NCBI RefSeq assembly: GCF_018350175.1
Contig: NC_058368.1
Span: 55,802,001-55,866,000 of the forward strand
DNA: 64,000 nucleotides
Source: Felis catus
Taxonomy: Eukaryota
Direction of reading: 5' to 3'
Shown: positions 1 to 11,749 of the stretch, piece after piece
Layout: every line of letters begins with the position of its first letter
Numbering within the stretch: position 1 is the first letter of the stretch
The notes under the pieces: generated by a model
Database searches by the model: none
What the model saw: the letters and a program-made list of their open reading frames with translations, nothing else
Told to the model about the DNA's origin: nothing
Position numbers and translations under genes: made by a program

Positions 1-246
1 TTTTGTTTTGTATTGTTTGGGGCTGAATGTGTAACTTCCTATATAAGGAATGTAGTCTGTACCTCCCAATCTTACCCCTGACAACTAATATAAGGAAAGA
101 AATAATAATGAGCTTTTAAGAGCTTTTCTATATTCTCCTTTTGTGTATGTATGATAGCTATGTGGTGAATATGTATGTAAAGAGAAAAACAATAGCAACA
201 ATAAAAACACAATCATGTTCAAAATGGTCGTTAAAAATAGATTTTA

Positions 247-420
247 GGGGCACCTGTGTGGCTCAGTTGGTTAAGTGTCCGACTCTTGATTTTGGCTCAA
301 ATCATTATTGCATGGTTCCTGAAATCAAGCCCAGTGTCAGCCTCTGTGCTGAGAGTGTGGAGTCTGCTTGCCTCTCTACTCAGTGCTCTTTCTCAAAATA
401 AATAAATAAACTTTAAAAAA
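247..420 (+). mobile_element. CanSINE (tRNA-derived carnivore SINE)
   Basis: GGGGCACCTG..GTGGCTCAG head and A-rich tail. Confidence 0.9.
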
Positions 421-569
421 GATTTTAAATGGTTTAGAATTAGGCAACGCTCATTAAAGATTTTAAAGAACTATTTGCCAAGAAAGGTAGGGTGATCTTA
501 TGGGACTTCTGTTCAGATTAAGTTATCTATAAATCAATTATCCAAATACTATGCATTGGTAACAAAATC

Positions 570-1000
570 TGTCAAAGAAAAATTGCACCAGACAAGTTGC
601 ACAGGCAAGGAAGATTTTATTGAAGCCTACTGCAAGAGTGGAGAGAAACTGAATTAAACTCCAGTGAAACAAAAGGGAATAGAATTTTTAAGGGCTGCAG
701 TGATAAAGAATATTAGACACGTGTTTGCTAATTTGCATAGAGACTGGAAGATTAATCCACTTTTTTCCTCAGTGATTGCACTGAAAACAGATAGCTTCTA
801 GGTCCTTGACAAAGGTGTTTCTGTGGTTGAGAGATTTACATCATAAAGGGGCAGGGAAATAATTTACAATTGCAAATTTTCTAAGGTAAATGCTTTAAGG
901 AAACATGGTCTGGGGACTAGAATCCTTAAGAACAAAAACAAACAGAAAACACTTTTCTAAAGGCTCATCAAACTAAAGGGAGCCTTGAAGCTGTCTAGCT
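570..1000. mobile_element. Probable degenerate ERV LTR
   Basis: Begins TGTCAAAGAAAA with ttttattgaag, resembling old ERV1-type LTR ends. End point approximate. Confidence 0.35.
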
Positions 1001-1829
1001 TAAATTCAACTCAATTTATGAGTTGGAGATAGCTCACAATTTGGTCATCTGCTTCTACACTCTAGATGAAATGGGGATGAGAGAAGACTAAGAGGTCTTC
1101 ATTTAATCATGACCAGAATATGCTTCTTACCAGCGATAAAGTATAGATATTTCAGCCTGGCCAGTCATTTGTGATTTCCAGCAAACCTAGGGAATAAAAT
1201 TGTATTTTAACGGAAAGACAGCTGAACCTCTCTCCTCTCTGAATAGTTGATAACTAAAATTCCACTTTCAAGCCTTTGTTGTATATTGTGTACTTGATAC
1301 AAATATTTAAAAGGAATAGGAAAAATAGAGCATATACAAAGTACTTTGTCACTGAAGAAAGAATTAAAAGAAGTATTAGTATGTACAAGGTGGAGGACCA
1401 GAAAAGGGCACAAAACACATATGATGATGTTTACATTATGTTAAATTTTTCGTGTGTCCCATTTACATGATATAGTGTTTCACTATTGTATGGCAGAACT
1501 TTGAAATATGTCCATTCTGAGTCATATGATATTGGTTTGAAATCATCTGAATTTCTTTCAGAGTTAGCAAAATTCAATCTCTTGTGCCTCACCTACACTC
1601 ACCTTCATTTTCCAGATGTTCTGTCTTCTTGGTGCTGCATTAGTCTTGAAGATGATAAAAATTTTACACTAAATTGATCTCAGAGTATTAACACTTGGGT
1701 TTATTGTTTGGCTCAATTTGTTTGAACTCCACAGGCACTAGAAGTCTTTTATTTGCCAGAAATACAACCACACTATCCATAAATAACAAAATAAAGTATT
1801 TAGGATTTTGTTAATGTGGGGAGAGATTA

Positions 1830-2210
1830 TGTTATGAGGGCTAAGAGCATGCATTCTTGAATCAGGCCAACTGAATTTGAATACTTGGCCAACCACTTTC
1901 TATAATTTTTTTAATGTTTGTTTATTTTTGAGAGACAGAGACAGAGACAGAGTATGAGTGGGAGAGGGGCAGAGAGATACATGGTAGCACAGAGCCTGAC
2001 ACAGGGCTTGAACCCATGAACCATGAGATCATGACCCGAGCTGAAGTTGGACACTTAACCAACTGAGCCACCTAGGTGCCCCTTGGCCAACTACTTTATA
2101 GAGAGCGACTGTGGATAAGTTAAACTCTATGCATCAGTTTCCTCTTTGTAAATAGAAAAATAAAAATCACATGTGCCGTATCAAGTTGTTGTGAGCATTA
2201 AATGAGCCTG
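1830..2210. mobile_element. MIR interrupted by a minus-strand CanSINE (1906-2082)
   Basis: MIR core (cagtttcctc..tgtaaatag, gttgttgtgagcattaaatgag). SINE flanked by the duplication cttggccaac(c/t)acttt. Confidence 0.75.
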
Positions 2211-4159
2211 AGACATATTATGCAATATATATTGTTTATTGTTAATATTGTCAATGCTATTGTTACAAAATCAGTACCCCATGACTAAGAAACAATCCTG
2301 GTGTACAGGGAAGAGTATAATTCTCAAGGACATTCTAACCATTTGTTTTCTTTTGCCCAAGGAAAAGATGTATAGTGAAGGCTGCTTTACATGTTTCTTA
2401 TTATAAACAGTGGAATAGTGCTGAACTAGCAGCTTTTGGAGGCTGGCCTGAATTAGTAGGCTCAGCAAAAATATACAAGGTATTCTTCTCTCCAGGAATC
2501 TCATTATTCTGAACACTGCATAGCCAGCTGTTGGTTTGTTTGTTTGTTTTGGTATGGTATGTGGCTAATGAGATGTATACAAATTAAAATAAATAGAAAA
2601 TACATAATCTTTACCTTCATCTGTCTTTTGAGTTTTAAATGACCCCAAAAATGTTTGTCCAGGGTCAGGAGATATGGTAAGTTGTGTGAATACGTTATAT
2701 AATACCTACTGCAGTTAATTATGGATCACTCTTTTCTAAAAATCATCATACAAAGCTGTTGATTCATGTTTTCTATTCTCTGCATTTCTTCAATGGACAG
2801 CTCCTTAACCTCCTCACTAACCAGGAGCACAGTAGGTATCTAGTAGTTATTTTCACAATTTTGTGAATAATTTTAGAGGTGGTAGCATTGAGACATTATA
2901 AATAATGATAGCCTATATTTTATTGATCTACCTGAAAATCTTTCCCCTAGAAGATTTCAGATAAATAGTAAGAGTTGGAAAAGCTTCTCCTATGTTGAAG
3001 GTTATATTGACATCTCTGTTTTCTAGATTTGTTTTCTATTAATATTTATTCATCATTAAAACATTCCATTGGAAACAAAGACACCCCCAAAGTATTATAG
3101 TTATTGCAGACTAACTATAATTTTAAAAATGCAGACTATCTCATTGCCCTCTAAATTTGGCAACCACAGCATAATTTAAAATGTATTGATTTGTTACTGA
3201 TATGAGATCTCTTTACTACTGTGGGGTTTTCATATGCTGAATGCAAACTAGTAGAGTTTTAAGAGATGAATAACAATACAGAGAGCAAACCTGCTTCTTT
3301 TTGTTTTCAATTTTACTCAATTTAGTTTGGTTGGTAAAAAATAGCTATTTTAAAAATCCTGTTTATTTACCTATTTGTTGTAGAATGGAAACTGGAATTT
3401 CTATAAGTTCTATGTTTTTCTATTTAAGTGGTTATTTTTGTTTTGCTTTTTTTTACGTGTAATAACATTTTTTTAAGTAGACTAATTTAAAGCAAGAGTA
3501 AAACAAATAGCTTTATCATAAATATGTACATAACATTAAGAGAAGTATATTATTTATGTACAATATCAAGATAGTTGTCCTTACTGTACAATTGATTTTT
3601 TTCGAAGCTGTTATTGTAAAGGCAGTTATTTAACCTTCTCTGTTAACTTCTAATCAGGACTGTAAATGTTTTCTGGAGAAGAAAAGGAAGAGCCCCTAAA
3701 ACCATTCATTGTATTTGATAACTTTACTTCATTGAGTCACTTCACAGAGTGTCATTTCTGAATAGTGTCTTTTATAAATCTGAATTAGTGTTTTTGAGTT
3801 CCTATTAAAGTCTACCCAGCAGGATATAATTTTAAGTTAAAATTTTAAGGAGAGAGAAAAATATTCTTGTCAGCCAAATCCATTCCATAAACAACTTATA
3901 GGAATCTGGTACAAAATGTTTTTGTTATTTTCAGACTATATAGTTTTCCTTCTTGAAAACTTTTTTTTAAGGTTTATAGGCACTATATTTGCAGTGAGTT
4001 AAGCATATGGCTCTTTCCATAGGCTTCTACTCATAAGTTCAACCAATACTTCTATCTTAATGAAAGAAGACGTTAGTTGAAAGAAGGTTTATGCACAGTG
4101 TAGTTTCAAAGAGTTAAGTATATGGTAACTTATGCTTCCACACATGTTAGCAAACACTT

Positions 4160-4511
4160 CTGTCTTCATTTTTACAGGAGTAGAATTTAGTGATTCATCA
4201 CTTAAATATAATGCCCATTGCTCATCACCAGTGCCCTCCTTCATATCCATCAACCATTTAACCCATCCCCTACCACTCCCCTCCAGCAACTGTCAATTTG
4301 TTCTCTATAGTTAACAGTCTGTCCTAGGGTTTGTCTGTGTCTTTCCTTACTCCTGTTTTTATCTGTTTCATTTTTAAATTTTTTATATGAGTGAAATCAC
4401 ATGGTATTTGTCTTTCTCTGACTTATTTCACTTAGCATAACACACTCAAGCTCCATCTATATCATTGCAAATGGCAAGATTTCATTCTTTTTGATGGCTG
4501 AGTAATACTCC

Positions 4512-4561
<50 letters not shown>

Positions 4562-5660
4562 AGTTGTTCTTTATTCATTCATCAGTCAATAGACATATGG
4601 GCTCTTTCCATAATATGGCTGTTTTTTATAGTGCTGCTATAAACATCAAGGTGCATGTGTCTCTTCAAATCAGCATTTTTGCATCCTTTGGATAAATACC
4701 TAGTAGTGCAATTGCTGAGTTTTAAGGTAGTTCTGTTTTAACTTTTTAAGGAATGTCCATACTGTTTTCCAGAGTGGCTGCATAAGTTTGCATTCCCACC
4801 AACAGGGTACTCACATACTCACCAACATCTGTTGTTTCCTGAGTTGCTAATTCTAGCCATTCTGATAGGTGTGAGGTGATATTTCATCCTGGTTTTGATT
4901 TGCATTTCCCTGGTGATGAGTGATGTTGAGCATCTTTTCCTGTGTCTGTTATCCATTTGGATGTCTTCTTTGGAAAGATGTCTGTTCATGGCTTCTGCCC
5001 ATTTCTTAACTAGATTATTTGTTTTTGGGTGTTGAGTTTGATAAAACCTTTATAGATTTTGAATACTAACCCTTCATCAGGTATGTCATTTGCAAATATC
5101 ATCTCCCATTCCATTGGGAGATGTCATTTGCAAATATCATCTCCCATTCCATTAGTTAATTATTGATTGTTTCCTTCACTGTGCAGAAGATTTTTATCTT
5201 GAGGAAGTCAGAACAGTTTATTTTTGTTTTTGTTTCCCTTGCCTCAGGAGACATATATATCTAGTAAGACGTTGAGACAGCTGTTGTCAAAGAGGTTGCT
5301 GCCTATGTTCTCCTCTAGGATTTTGATGGTTTCCTTTCTCACATTTAGATCCTTCATCCATTTGGAATTTATTTTTGTATATAGTGTAAGAAAGTGGTCC
5401 AGTTTCATTCTTTTGCATGTTGCTGTCCAGTCTTCCAACACCATTTGTTGAAGAGACTATCTTTTTTCCATTGAAAATTCTTTCATCCTTTGTTGAGGAT
5501 TAGTTGGCCATGTGGTTTTGAGTCCATTTCTGTGTTTTATATTCTGTTTTATTTTCTACTTGTCTGTTTTTGCACCAGTACCACACTATCTTGATGACTA
5601 CAGCTTTATAATATAGCTTGAAATCCAGAATTGTGATGCCTCCAGCTTTGCTTTCTTCCT
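4160..5660 (-). mobile_element. Carnivore L1, 3' end and ORF2 C-terminus
   Basis: ORF 5244-5444 [21 protein letters not shown] is L1 ORF2. (CA)n at 4516-4560. Confidence 0.9.
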
Positions 5661-5679
5661 CCTGAAATGTAATAAAATT

Positions 5680-6349
5680 TTAATTTTAAAATAGTTTTAG
5701 GTTTACAGCCAAGTTGAAGTATTACAGAGAGTTCCTATATACACATGGTCAGATTTCCCTATTATTACTCTGGTACATTTATCATAAATGGCGAACTAAT
5801 AACGATGTGTTATTGTTATCTACAGTTCAAATTTTATTTGGATCTAAGTTTTTACTTAATGTTTGAGAATATGATCCAGCGTACCACATTGCATTTAATG
5901 GTTATTTTTCCTGAGGATTCTTTAGACTGTGGAAGTTTCTCAGACTTCCCCTTACTTTTGATAATCTTGACCATTTTCAGGAATACTGTTATGTATTTTG
6001 TAGAATGTCTTTAAGTTTGGGCTGATCTGAAATTTTTTTCTCATGATTATGTAATGGCTATGGATTTTGTAGATGAAGACCCCATAGGTTAAGTGCCATT
6101 CTCATCAATTTGTATCAAGGGTATAGGATATGCTATCAGCATTACTTATCACAGCTGTATTGACCTTTATTACCTCACTATGGTAGTGTTTGTCAGGTTA
6201 CTCAACTATAAAACTATTACTCTTTTAGAAGAAAGTCACTTTGCTCATTTGATAGTTAAGGGATAAGAGTTATATGTCACCTCCTGGAAGGGTAGTATCT
6301 TCAAAAAGGTTTTGGAATTTTTCTATGCAGGAAATTTATCATCTGTTCC

Positions 6350-6388
<39 letters not shown>

Positions 6389-7190
6389 TTTTCATTTATT
6401 TATTTTTTTATTTATTTTTTTATTTATTTTTGGGACAGAGAGAGACAGAGCATGAACGGGGGAGGGGCAGAGAGAGAGGGAGACACAGAATCGGAAACAG
6501 GCTCCAGGCTCTGAGCCATCAGCCCAGAGCCCCACGCCGGGCTCGAACTCACCAACCGCGAGATCTCGACCTGGCTGAAGTCGGGACGCTTAACCGACTG
6601 CGCCACCCAGGCGCCCCTGTTCCTTATTTATTCATTTATTCAATTATTCATTCATGTCAGTATGGACTAAAGAGCGTATATCTTATATTTGGGGCTGTAA
6701 TTCAATATTATATAATTTTCTTTGTTGCTGTGATTGTTACAGCTTGGCACTTTCAGTTCTTGTGTCTCTTTGTTATAACTCCATTGTTATTATATTGTCT
6801 TTGTTTTGTTACTGTTCCTTACTTTCTGGCACTATGAGATGCTCCAAGCTCATCTTTTATACCTCTTACCTTAGCACAAGATTCAGCCATTTTTCCAAGG
6901 AGTCTATATTTCTTTTATTGAAGAATGTCATTAGAAACCCAAATCTTGGAATTCAGCGTATTATTGTTTTTGAGGTGTCAGTGTTTTTAGATTCTTTAGT
7001 GGGTAGAGTTGGGAAAGATTTGTGTATTCTAACTTATCTATCCATATATCTGTACTTTGAGCTAAGTATGAGTTCATGCTGAGGTTTCCAAATTTTATGT
7101 AGCATGACATGTCTTATTCTAGCTGTTTCCATTTGCTTGTTTTTATAAACTCCTCTTTGAACAGTGAGGAATTTGATCCCACCCTCTACT
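5680..7190 (-). mobile_element. Old L1M (L1MC/MD-like) 3' region
   Basis: ttttaggtttacag..aagttg..acagagagttcc 3' terminus pattern, highly diverged. Confidence 0.65.
6352..6617 (-). mobile_element. Young felid SINE
   Basis: CpG-rich body, (TTTA)n tail, TSD tgttccttatttatt. Confidence 0.95.
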
Positions 7191-7298
7191 ATGTATATAT
7201 ATGTATGTATATATATGTATACGTATATATATGTACATATATATGTACATATATATACATATATATACATATATATGTACATATATATACGTACCTAT

Positions 7299-7344
<46 letters not shown>
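7190..7344. repeat. Compound (TA)n/(TACA)n microsatellite
   Basis: Directly visible. Confidence 0.95.
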
Positions 7345-7347
<3 letters not shown>

Positions 7348-7763
7348 TTTTTATTGTTGTTTTACTCTGTTTTTGCTTTCTTATCCCATAACTTTCTCAA
7401 TTTAATTGTGGGTACATGGAGATGATCAGGACTTGGTGAGACAACCATCTCTGGAGTTTCCCTTTCCTGAGCAATGTTGTTCAATTGAAAGTTTTGACTT
7501 TGCAGACACCTATTTAGGAACACCTTATTTAAATCAGATACTTTCACAGTAGAAATTATGTTCATTTACGTTTTTCTACAGTGAGTTATAATCCTAAGTG
7601 ATTGCTCAAATGGCTTTTCAGTTTCATCTTTTCCTTTGGTGATGAAGATGTAGTTACCTCTTCCAATGCTGTAAGTTCCCAAATTCCTGGACATTTTTCT
7701 CAACTTTCCTTCTCTTCTATTTGTAAATCAGCAATTTCTTGCTTTTCCTTTTTTGTGTGATGA
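7345..7763 (-). pseudogene. Putative terminal exon
   Basis: Acceptor (tta)n-ttcag at 7764-7766. About 120 codons in one frame with a single internal stop (7566-7568), ending ...[12 protein letters not shown] at 7362. AATAAA at 7350-7355. Confidence 0.5.

Positions 7764-7766
<3 letters not shown>

Positions 7767-7798
<32 letters not shown>
7767..7798. repeat. (AAT)n microsatellite
   Basis: Directly visible. Confidence 0.95.
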
Positions 7799-7799
<1 letters not shown>

Positions 7800-8640
7800 C
7801 ATAAACCATAATAACCAACATATTTACTAATATTCTATTTTTAAACTTCTTTGTAGAGATACAATTTCATTGGACATACGAACTGACTTCCAAGAAATCA
7901 CACAAAAGTTTATTTGATGTTTCTCTACCACCTATTTAAATGTTCTTCTACCCTTCCATATCTGTTTCTTCAACATCTGTCACTCAGAAGTAGTATCTTA
8001 AAAATATAGATTTTCAAAGTCAAAAGAAAGATTCCTTTGGAGTAACATATTTATTAGTAACTTTGTTTTCCAGTTTTATTTCTGTGAATCCATCCTCAAC
8101 ATGCTATAATCATAAGAGATTAATTTTATACAGAACTGGGGAATGAGAAAGCCAACTAACCTCCTATGTAGAGCACATGACTTAAAGCAGAAAATTAAAA
8201 GGCTCACATTAAGAATACATCAAGAGAAACAATATTGTCAAAAGAACTAGATTTTCCTCAGGCCAAAAGTAGGAAGAAAACATTGAGAGAAGTGGTTAAG
8301 TATAAAGAGTGGATGTTCCAATACATGAACCTCAGTTTCAAATGGACAAAAATGTGAGCAAATCTATGTAAACAGGAACAGGTTGAGAGATAGGTTCTGA
8401 TTAGAGTTTGTGCAGAGAAGCAAAAAAGTAAGTAACCCCATAGTGCATGGTGATGGATAATCTGACACACTTGAGTCCTAATGGTGACTCAGGTAAATAA
8501 AGATATGATACATTTTGAGCTAAACTATACCAGGAGTCAAGCTCAAACATATTTGTTAGATGAATAAATCTGGGGTAAAATTTAGATAAGAACATCAATG
8601 ACAATAACATTACATGGAAACAAAGAAACATTGAACTTAC

Positions 8641-8746
8641 TGTCAGGAAATTTGAGACTGTCAGGAAAACTGAGATCAGATCTCAGAAGTGTGGTTTCCA
8701 GACTTTCTAACCCATAGTGAGAGACAATACTGGAACTTTTCACAAT
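8641..8746 (-). pseudogene. Exon remnant (C-terminal tail)
   Basis: ctaattctttctgcccattttcag acceptor, gtaagt donor, 106 nt, open frame IVKSSSIVSHYGLESLETTLLRSDLSFPDSLKFPD. Confidence 0.65.
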
Positions 8747-9037
8747 CTGAAAATGGGCAGAAAGAATTAGATTGTTACCTAGCTTCTTTTTGTTGTAAAA
8801 ATTAAATAATTTCAATACTTGGCTCTCTATCAGTCATTCACAAGTGAATGACTTTTCTTCGTTTTATATTTGTTATGTTTATGAAGTAAAGTAAGAAAGA
8901 ACTGCAAAATTGGCATCTTTTCCAATCTTCAATTTGCTGCTGTGCAATCCCCAGTCTAGCATGATGTTGTATACTACTAGCAGCAATTAACTTTGTACTA
9001 ACCAACCCTACTGTTAGTTTGGCATGGAGCTACTCAC

Positions 9038-9205
9038 CTACAGTGCTTCTAATTATTGATGCATTTTCTCTTTTTTTTCAAAATGTCAGACAGTGTTTAT
9101 GTGTAATCATCTGGTTTACCACCTGTGGCTATTCTGTCCACTAGTACAAATATGGACAGTCGCAAATTTCTCTCATTTCATTTGAGCCTGTGAGTCTCAT
9201 GAATT
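9038..9205 (-). pseudogene. Exon remnant, end of CaM-binding domain and coiled coil
   Basis: gtgagt donor. IHETHRLK*NERNLRLSIFVLVD aligns ungapped to KCNN2 [39 protein letters not shown] resembles ISDLNERSEDFEKRIVTL after a 1-nt indel in an A run. Confidence 0.7.
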
Positions 9206-9452
9206 CTTAGAATAAAAACTCTGTCTTTACAATATTTAAACTGTGTTTCCTAATTATCTCAGTGAATTATGCATCTGGTTGTGATTACTAAGCCTCAGAG
9301 GATGCTGCCTGATTGGTGATTATATAGCAATTTTATATTTTTCTATTGATTATGTTAATTTCCTTTATATTATATTTGATTATTGTACTGAGTGAAAAAT
9401 TGGCAACACCTGCCTCTCATATCAGGAAAAATACTTGACAAATATGGTTGAC

Positions 9453-9608
9453 CTAGAGAGCTCATTTTGCATGTAGATTTTGTATAAAACAGTTGTAAAA
9501 GATACATGTTTTCATAACAAAATTGTTTTGTCCTTTGACGTTTTTCTTCTATGTAATTTGGTGTATGTATAATTTTAGGTAATGATGCTTAGAGAAGAGG
9601 AAAATAAT
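9453..9608 (-). pseudogene. Exon remnant, middle of CaM-binding domain
   Basis: tatacag acceptor, phase 2-2, 156 nt. KLFSSSLSIIT*NYTYTKLHRRK...LL*KH resembles [23 protein letters not shown]...VRKH. Donor is weak (gtcaac). Confidence 0.55.
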
Positions 9609-9696
9609 CTGTATAGTGTCAATAAGTAGTTTAGAACTATGTGTCTGTCTCTTTTTTTTTGTATTGTTACTGATAAACAACTGTTAACACTCTTAC

Positions 9697-9782
9697 TTCA
9701 TTCTTAGTTTTAAATTAGTATGTTCCATTATTTTTCTGTTATCTTTTCACTGACTTTTAAAGTAAATAATTGCAGCATTATC
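9697..9782 (-). pseudogene. Exon remnant, S6 end and start of CaM-binding domain
   Basis: gtaaga donor followed by an 88-nt intron. IMLQLFTLKVSEKITEK/IMEHTNLKLRMK aligns ungapped to [29 protein letters not shown] (8/29 identical) with one 1-nt deletion. Confidence 0.7.
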
Positions 9783-9823
9783 CTTAAAGTAAAACATAAC
9801 ATTTACTTATACTCAATGAGTAC

Positions 9824-9848
9824 TTTTTTTAAATGTTTATTTATTTAT

Positions 9849-9888
<40 letters not shown>

Positions 9889-10052
9889 TGAGTGGAGCAG
9901 GGGCAGAGAAAGAGGGAGAAAGGAAATCCCAAGCAGGCTCCATACTGTCAACACAGATTCTGATGCAGGGCTAGATCTCATGAACCATGAGATCATGACC
10001 TGAGTGGAAATCAAGGGTCAGACGCTTAACCGATCGAGCCACCCAGGTACCC
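9824..10052 (-). mobile_element. CanSINE
   Basis: T-tail, (GA)n, gagccacccaggtaccc head. Confidence 0.9.
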
Positions 10053-10164
10053 TTCAACAAGTACGTTTCATGTGTTAGTTCATTCATCCATTTTTTTTCC
10101 TCTTTAAATACAAAATGTTCATGAAGCTTTTTAAGTTTAATTCATTCTCTTTTTCTGTTGTTTT

Positions 10165-10380
10165 TTTGTAGTATAAAAGCTTGTGCTTTGGAAACAGAGT
10201 GTTTAGTAGACATTCAGGTATTAATGTTTAATAGCTATGTAATCTTGGCAAAGTGACTTAAAACTTCTCTACCTCTCTTTCTTCTATTCAATGAAGATAA
10301 TAACAATAGTTAATAATAATAAGCTAAATAGAAGAGCTGAACATTGTGTCAGCTACAAGTTTTCTCTAAATAGTGAAATA
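10165..10380 (+). mobile_element. Degenerate MIR
   Basis: tagctatgtaatcttggcaaagtgacttaaaacttctct core. Confidence 0.55.
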
Positions 10381-10384
10381 TTAA

Positions 10385-10526
10385 TTATTTGTTTTTCAAG
10401 AGTATTTTCAGATAGAAGTACACTAATATATAGCAATCTCTTTCAAATGTTCAGTGACAAAAATGTAAAAGTTTAACTTTATGAGACCAACTGTTGTCAC
10501 ATGTGTGTTTTTGTCTTTGAGCAATA
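10385..10526 (-). pseudogene. Exon remnant, repeat-2 pore helix and S6
   Basis: ttctcag acceptor (phase 2). TFLSL at 10452-10466 resembles SK TFLSI, followed by *KRLLYISVLL resembling GKGVCLLTGIM. Frameshifts are needed. Confidence 0.45.
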
Positions 10527-10644
10527 CTGAGAACTAAAGATGATTTGTTGGTAGTGTTTCCTTTTCTTCAAATTCCTCCTGGTTTCTGTCACTTTCTTTT
10601 TAAGCTCCATTCTTCTGCCCAACTCTGAGACTAAATAATTTAAG

Positions 10645-11024
10645 GCTTAGGCATGCCCCAGTTTCTAAATGTTTCTCAAAGGAAGCTTCAGGAACAACCT
10701 GTATGAAAAAAATCCTTTAATGTTATTTTAGAATAAATCGTGGAGTCTACTCCAGACCTACTGAATTAGAATTTCTATAGAGGATGCCCAGAAATTTGCA
10801 TTTTTATGAAGTATCACAGATGCTTCTTAGGCACAGTGAATTTTGAGAATCGCTATTCTATGGAAAAATAATTTATGAAGAGAAAATATGAAGTACTTAG
10901 TCGCATGGTTTTGGATGTTGTGTTATCACCCTTGTTACTTATCTCATCTTGATCTTGTGGTCAATTTCCAATATATACTCTTTACTCAGTGTCTCAGACC
11001 TAGTTTCCAGATTATATCCCAGAT
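10645..11024 (-). pseudogene. Exon remnant, repeat-2 S5, split by a MER5-like element
   Basis: 90-nt upstream intron with gtaagc donor, CTAAC branch point and tatcag acceptor. MR*VTRVITQHPKPCD*VLHIFSS*IIFP* resembles [30 protein letters not shown]. Confidence 0.5.
10667..10855. mobile_element. MER5A-like hAT MITE
   Basis: tttctcaaa...tttgagaa inverted ends, ccagacctactgaattagaa and tttgcattttta motifs. Confidence 0.75.
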
Positions 11025-11156
11025 CTGATAAACAGAATGTTTTGTAAAAGTTAGTTTGAATCATATATTTCATTCTTGCTTTTTCTGCTCGTCTAAGATG
11101 GGAAACCAGCTTACTCTGTCTCCATTACTACTAAGATTACTTTTGTTCTTATGCTC

Positions 11157-11349
11157 TTTTTCTTCTTCTTTTTTTTTTTTTTGAAAGAGGGGAAGAGCAC
11201 ATGTATGAGGTGGGGAGGGGCAGAGAGAGAGAAATCCCTAGCCGACTCTGCACTGTCAGCTCAAATCCTGACTTAGCGCTCAACTGTAAGATCATGACCT
11301 GAGCTTAAATAAGAGTCAGACACTAACCGACTGAGCCACCCAAGTGCCT
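11157..11349 (-). mobile_element. CanSINE
   Basis: TSD tcttatgctctt. Confidence 0.9.
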
Positions 11350-11479
11350 CTCTTATGCTCTTCTTTTTTGCAAGATTTCTCTGACTCTATTTGGGTACTA
11401 TCTGTAGATTCCCTATCATTTACTAAATCCTTTGTTGGGGAATATACTGATCTAATTTTATGATTAAAAAAAAATCTAG

Positions 11480-11668
11480 AGGCTGAAGCTGGATGGCTCA
11501 GGTCATGATCTAATGCCTCATGAGTTTGAGCGTGTGTCAGACTCTGTGCTGACAGCTCAGAGCCTGGAGCCCACTTCAAATTCTGTGTCTCCCTCTTTCT
11601 ATGTTCCTCCCCACTCACACACTCTCTCTCTCTCTCTCTCTCTCAAAAATAAATAAACATTAAAAAAA
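11480..11668 (+). mobile_element. CanSINE with a truncated or altered head
   Basis: ctcaggtcatgatc body, (CT)n, TSD ttaaaaaaatcta. Confidence 0.9.
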
Positions 11669-11749
11669 TCTAAATCAAATATTTTTTCTAACAACCTTAT
11701 ATTTATACATTATATTACCTCCAAATATAACATGATCTTCAGCAACGCA

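Larger units (their letters stand above)
11115..11745 (-). pseudogene. Exon remnant, repeat-2 S4 and linker, split by two SINEs
   Basis: Removing both SINEs at their TSDs gives about 77 codons with one stop: LLKIMLYLEVI*CINIRLLEKIFDLDFFNHKIRSVYSPTK...SNGDR, ending at a gtaagc donor. Confidence 0.55.

Noticed and set aside
2633..2676. Plus-strand exon candidate ending ATG/gtaagt
   Set aside because: Weak acceptor and no supporting neighbours.
6274..6837. 187-aa ORF and similar GQRETEHERGRG / GAPGWRSRLSVRLQPG ORFs throughout the window
   Set aside because: These are read-throughs of young SINEs.
7034..7425. Y/I/H-rich ORFs
   Set aside because: Microsatellite translation.
7345..7763. Processed pseudogene interpretation
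   Set aside because: It begins at a splice acceptor and lies downstream of intron-separated exons, and no TSD was seen. A terminal exon fits better.
10540..10630. Purine-rich minus-strand ORF ELGRRMELKKKVTETRR
   Set aside because: It falls in the inferred intron between the S5 and pore exons and has no convincing donor. Unresolved.
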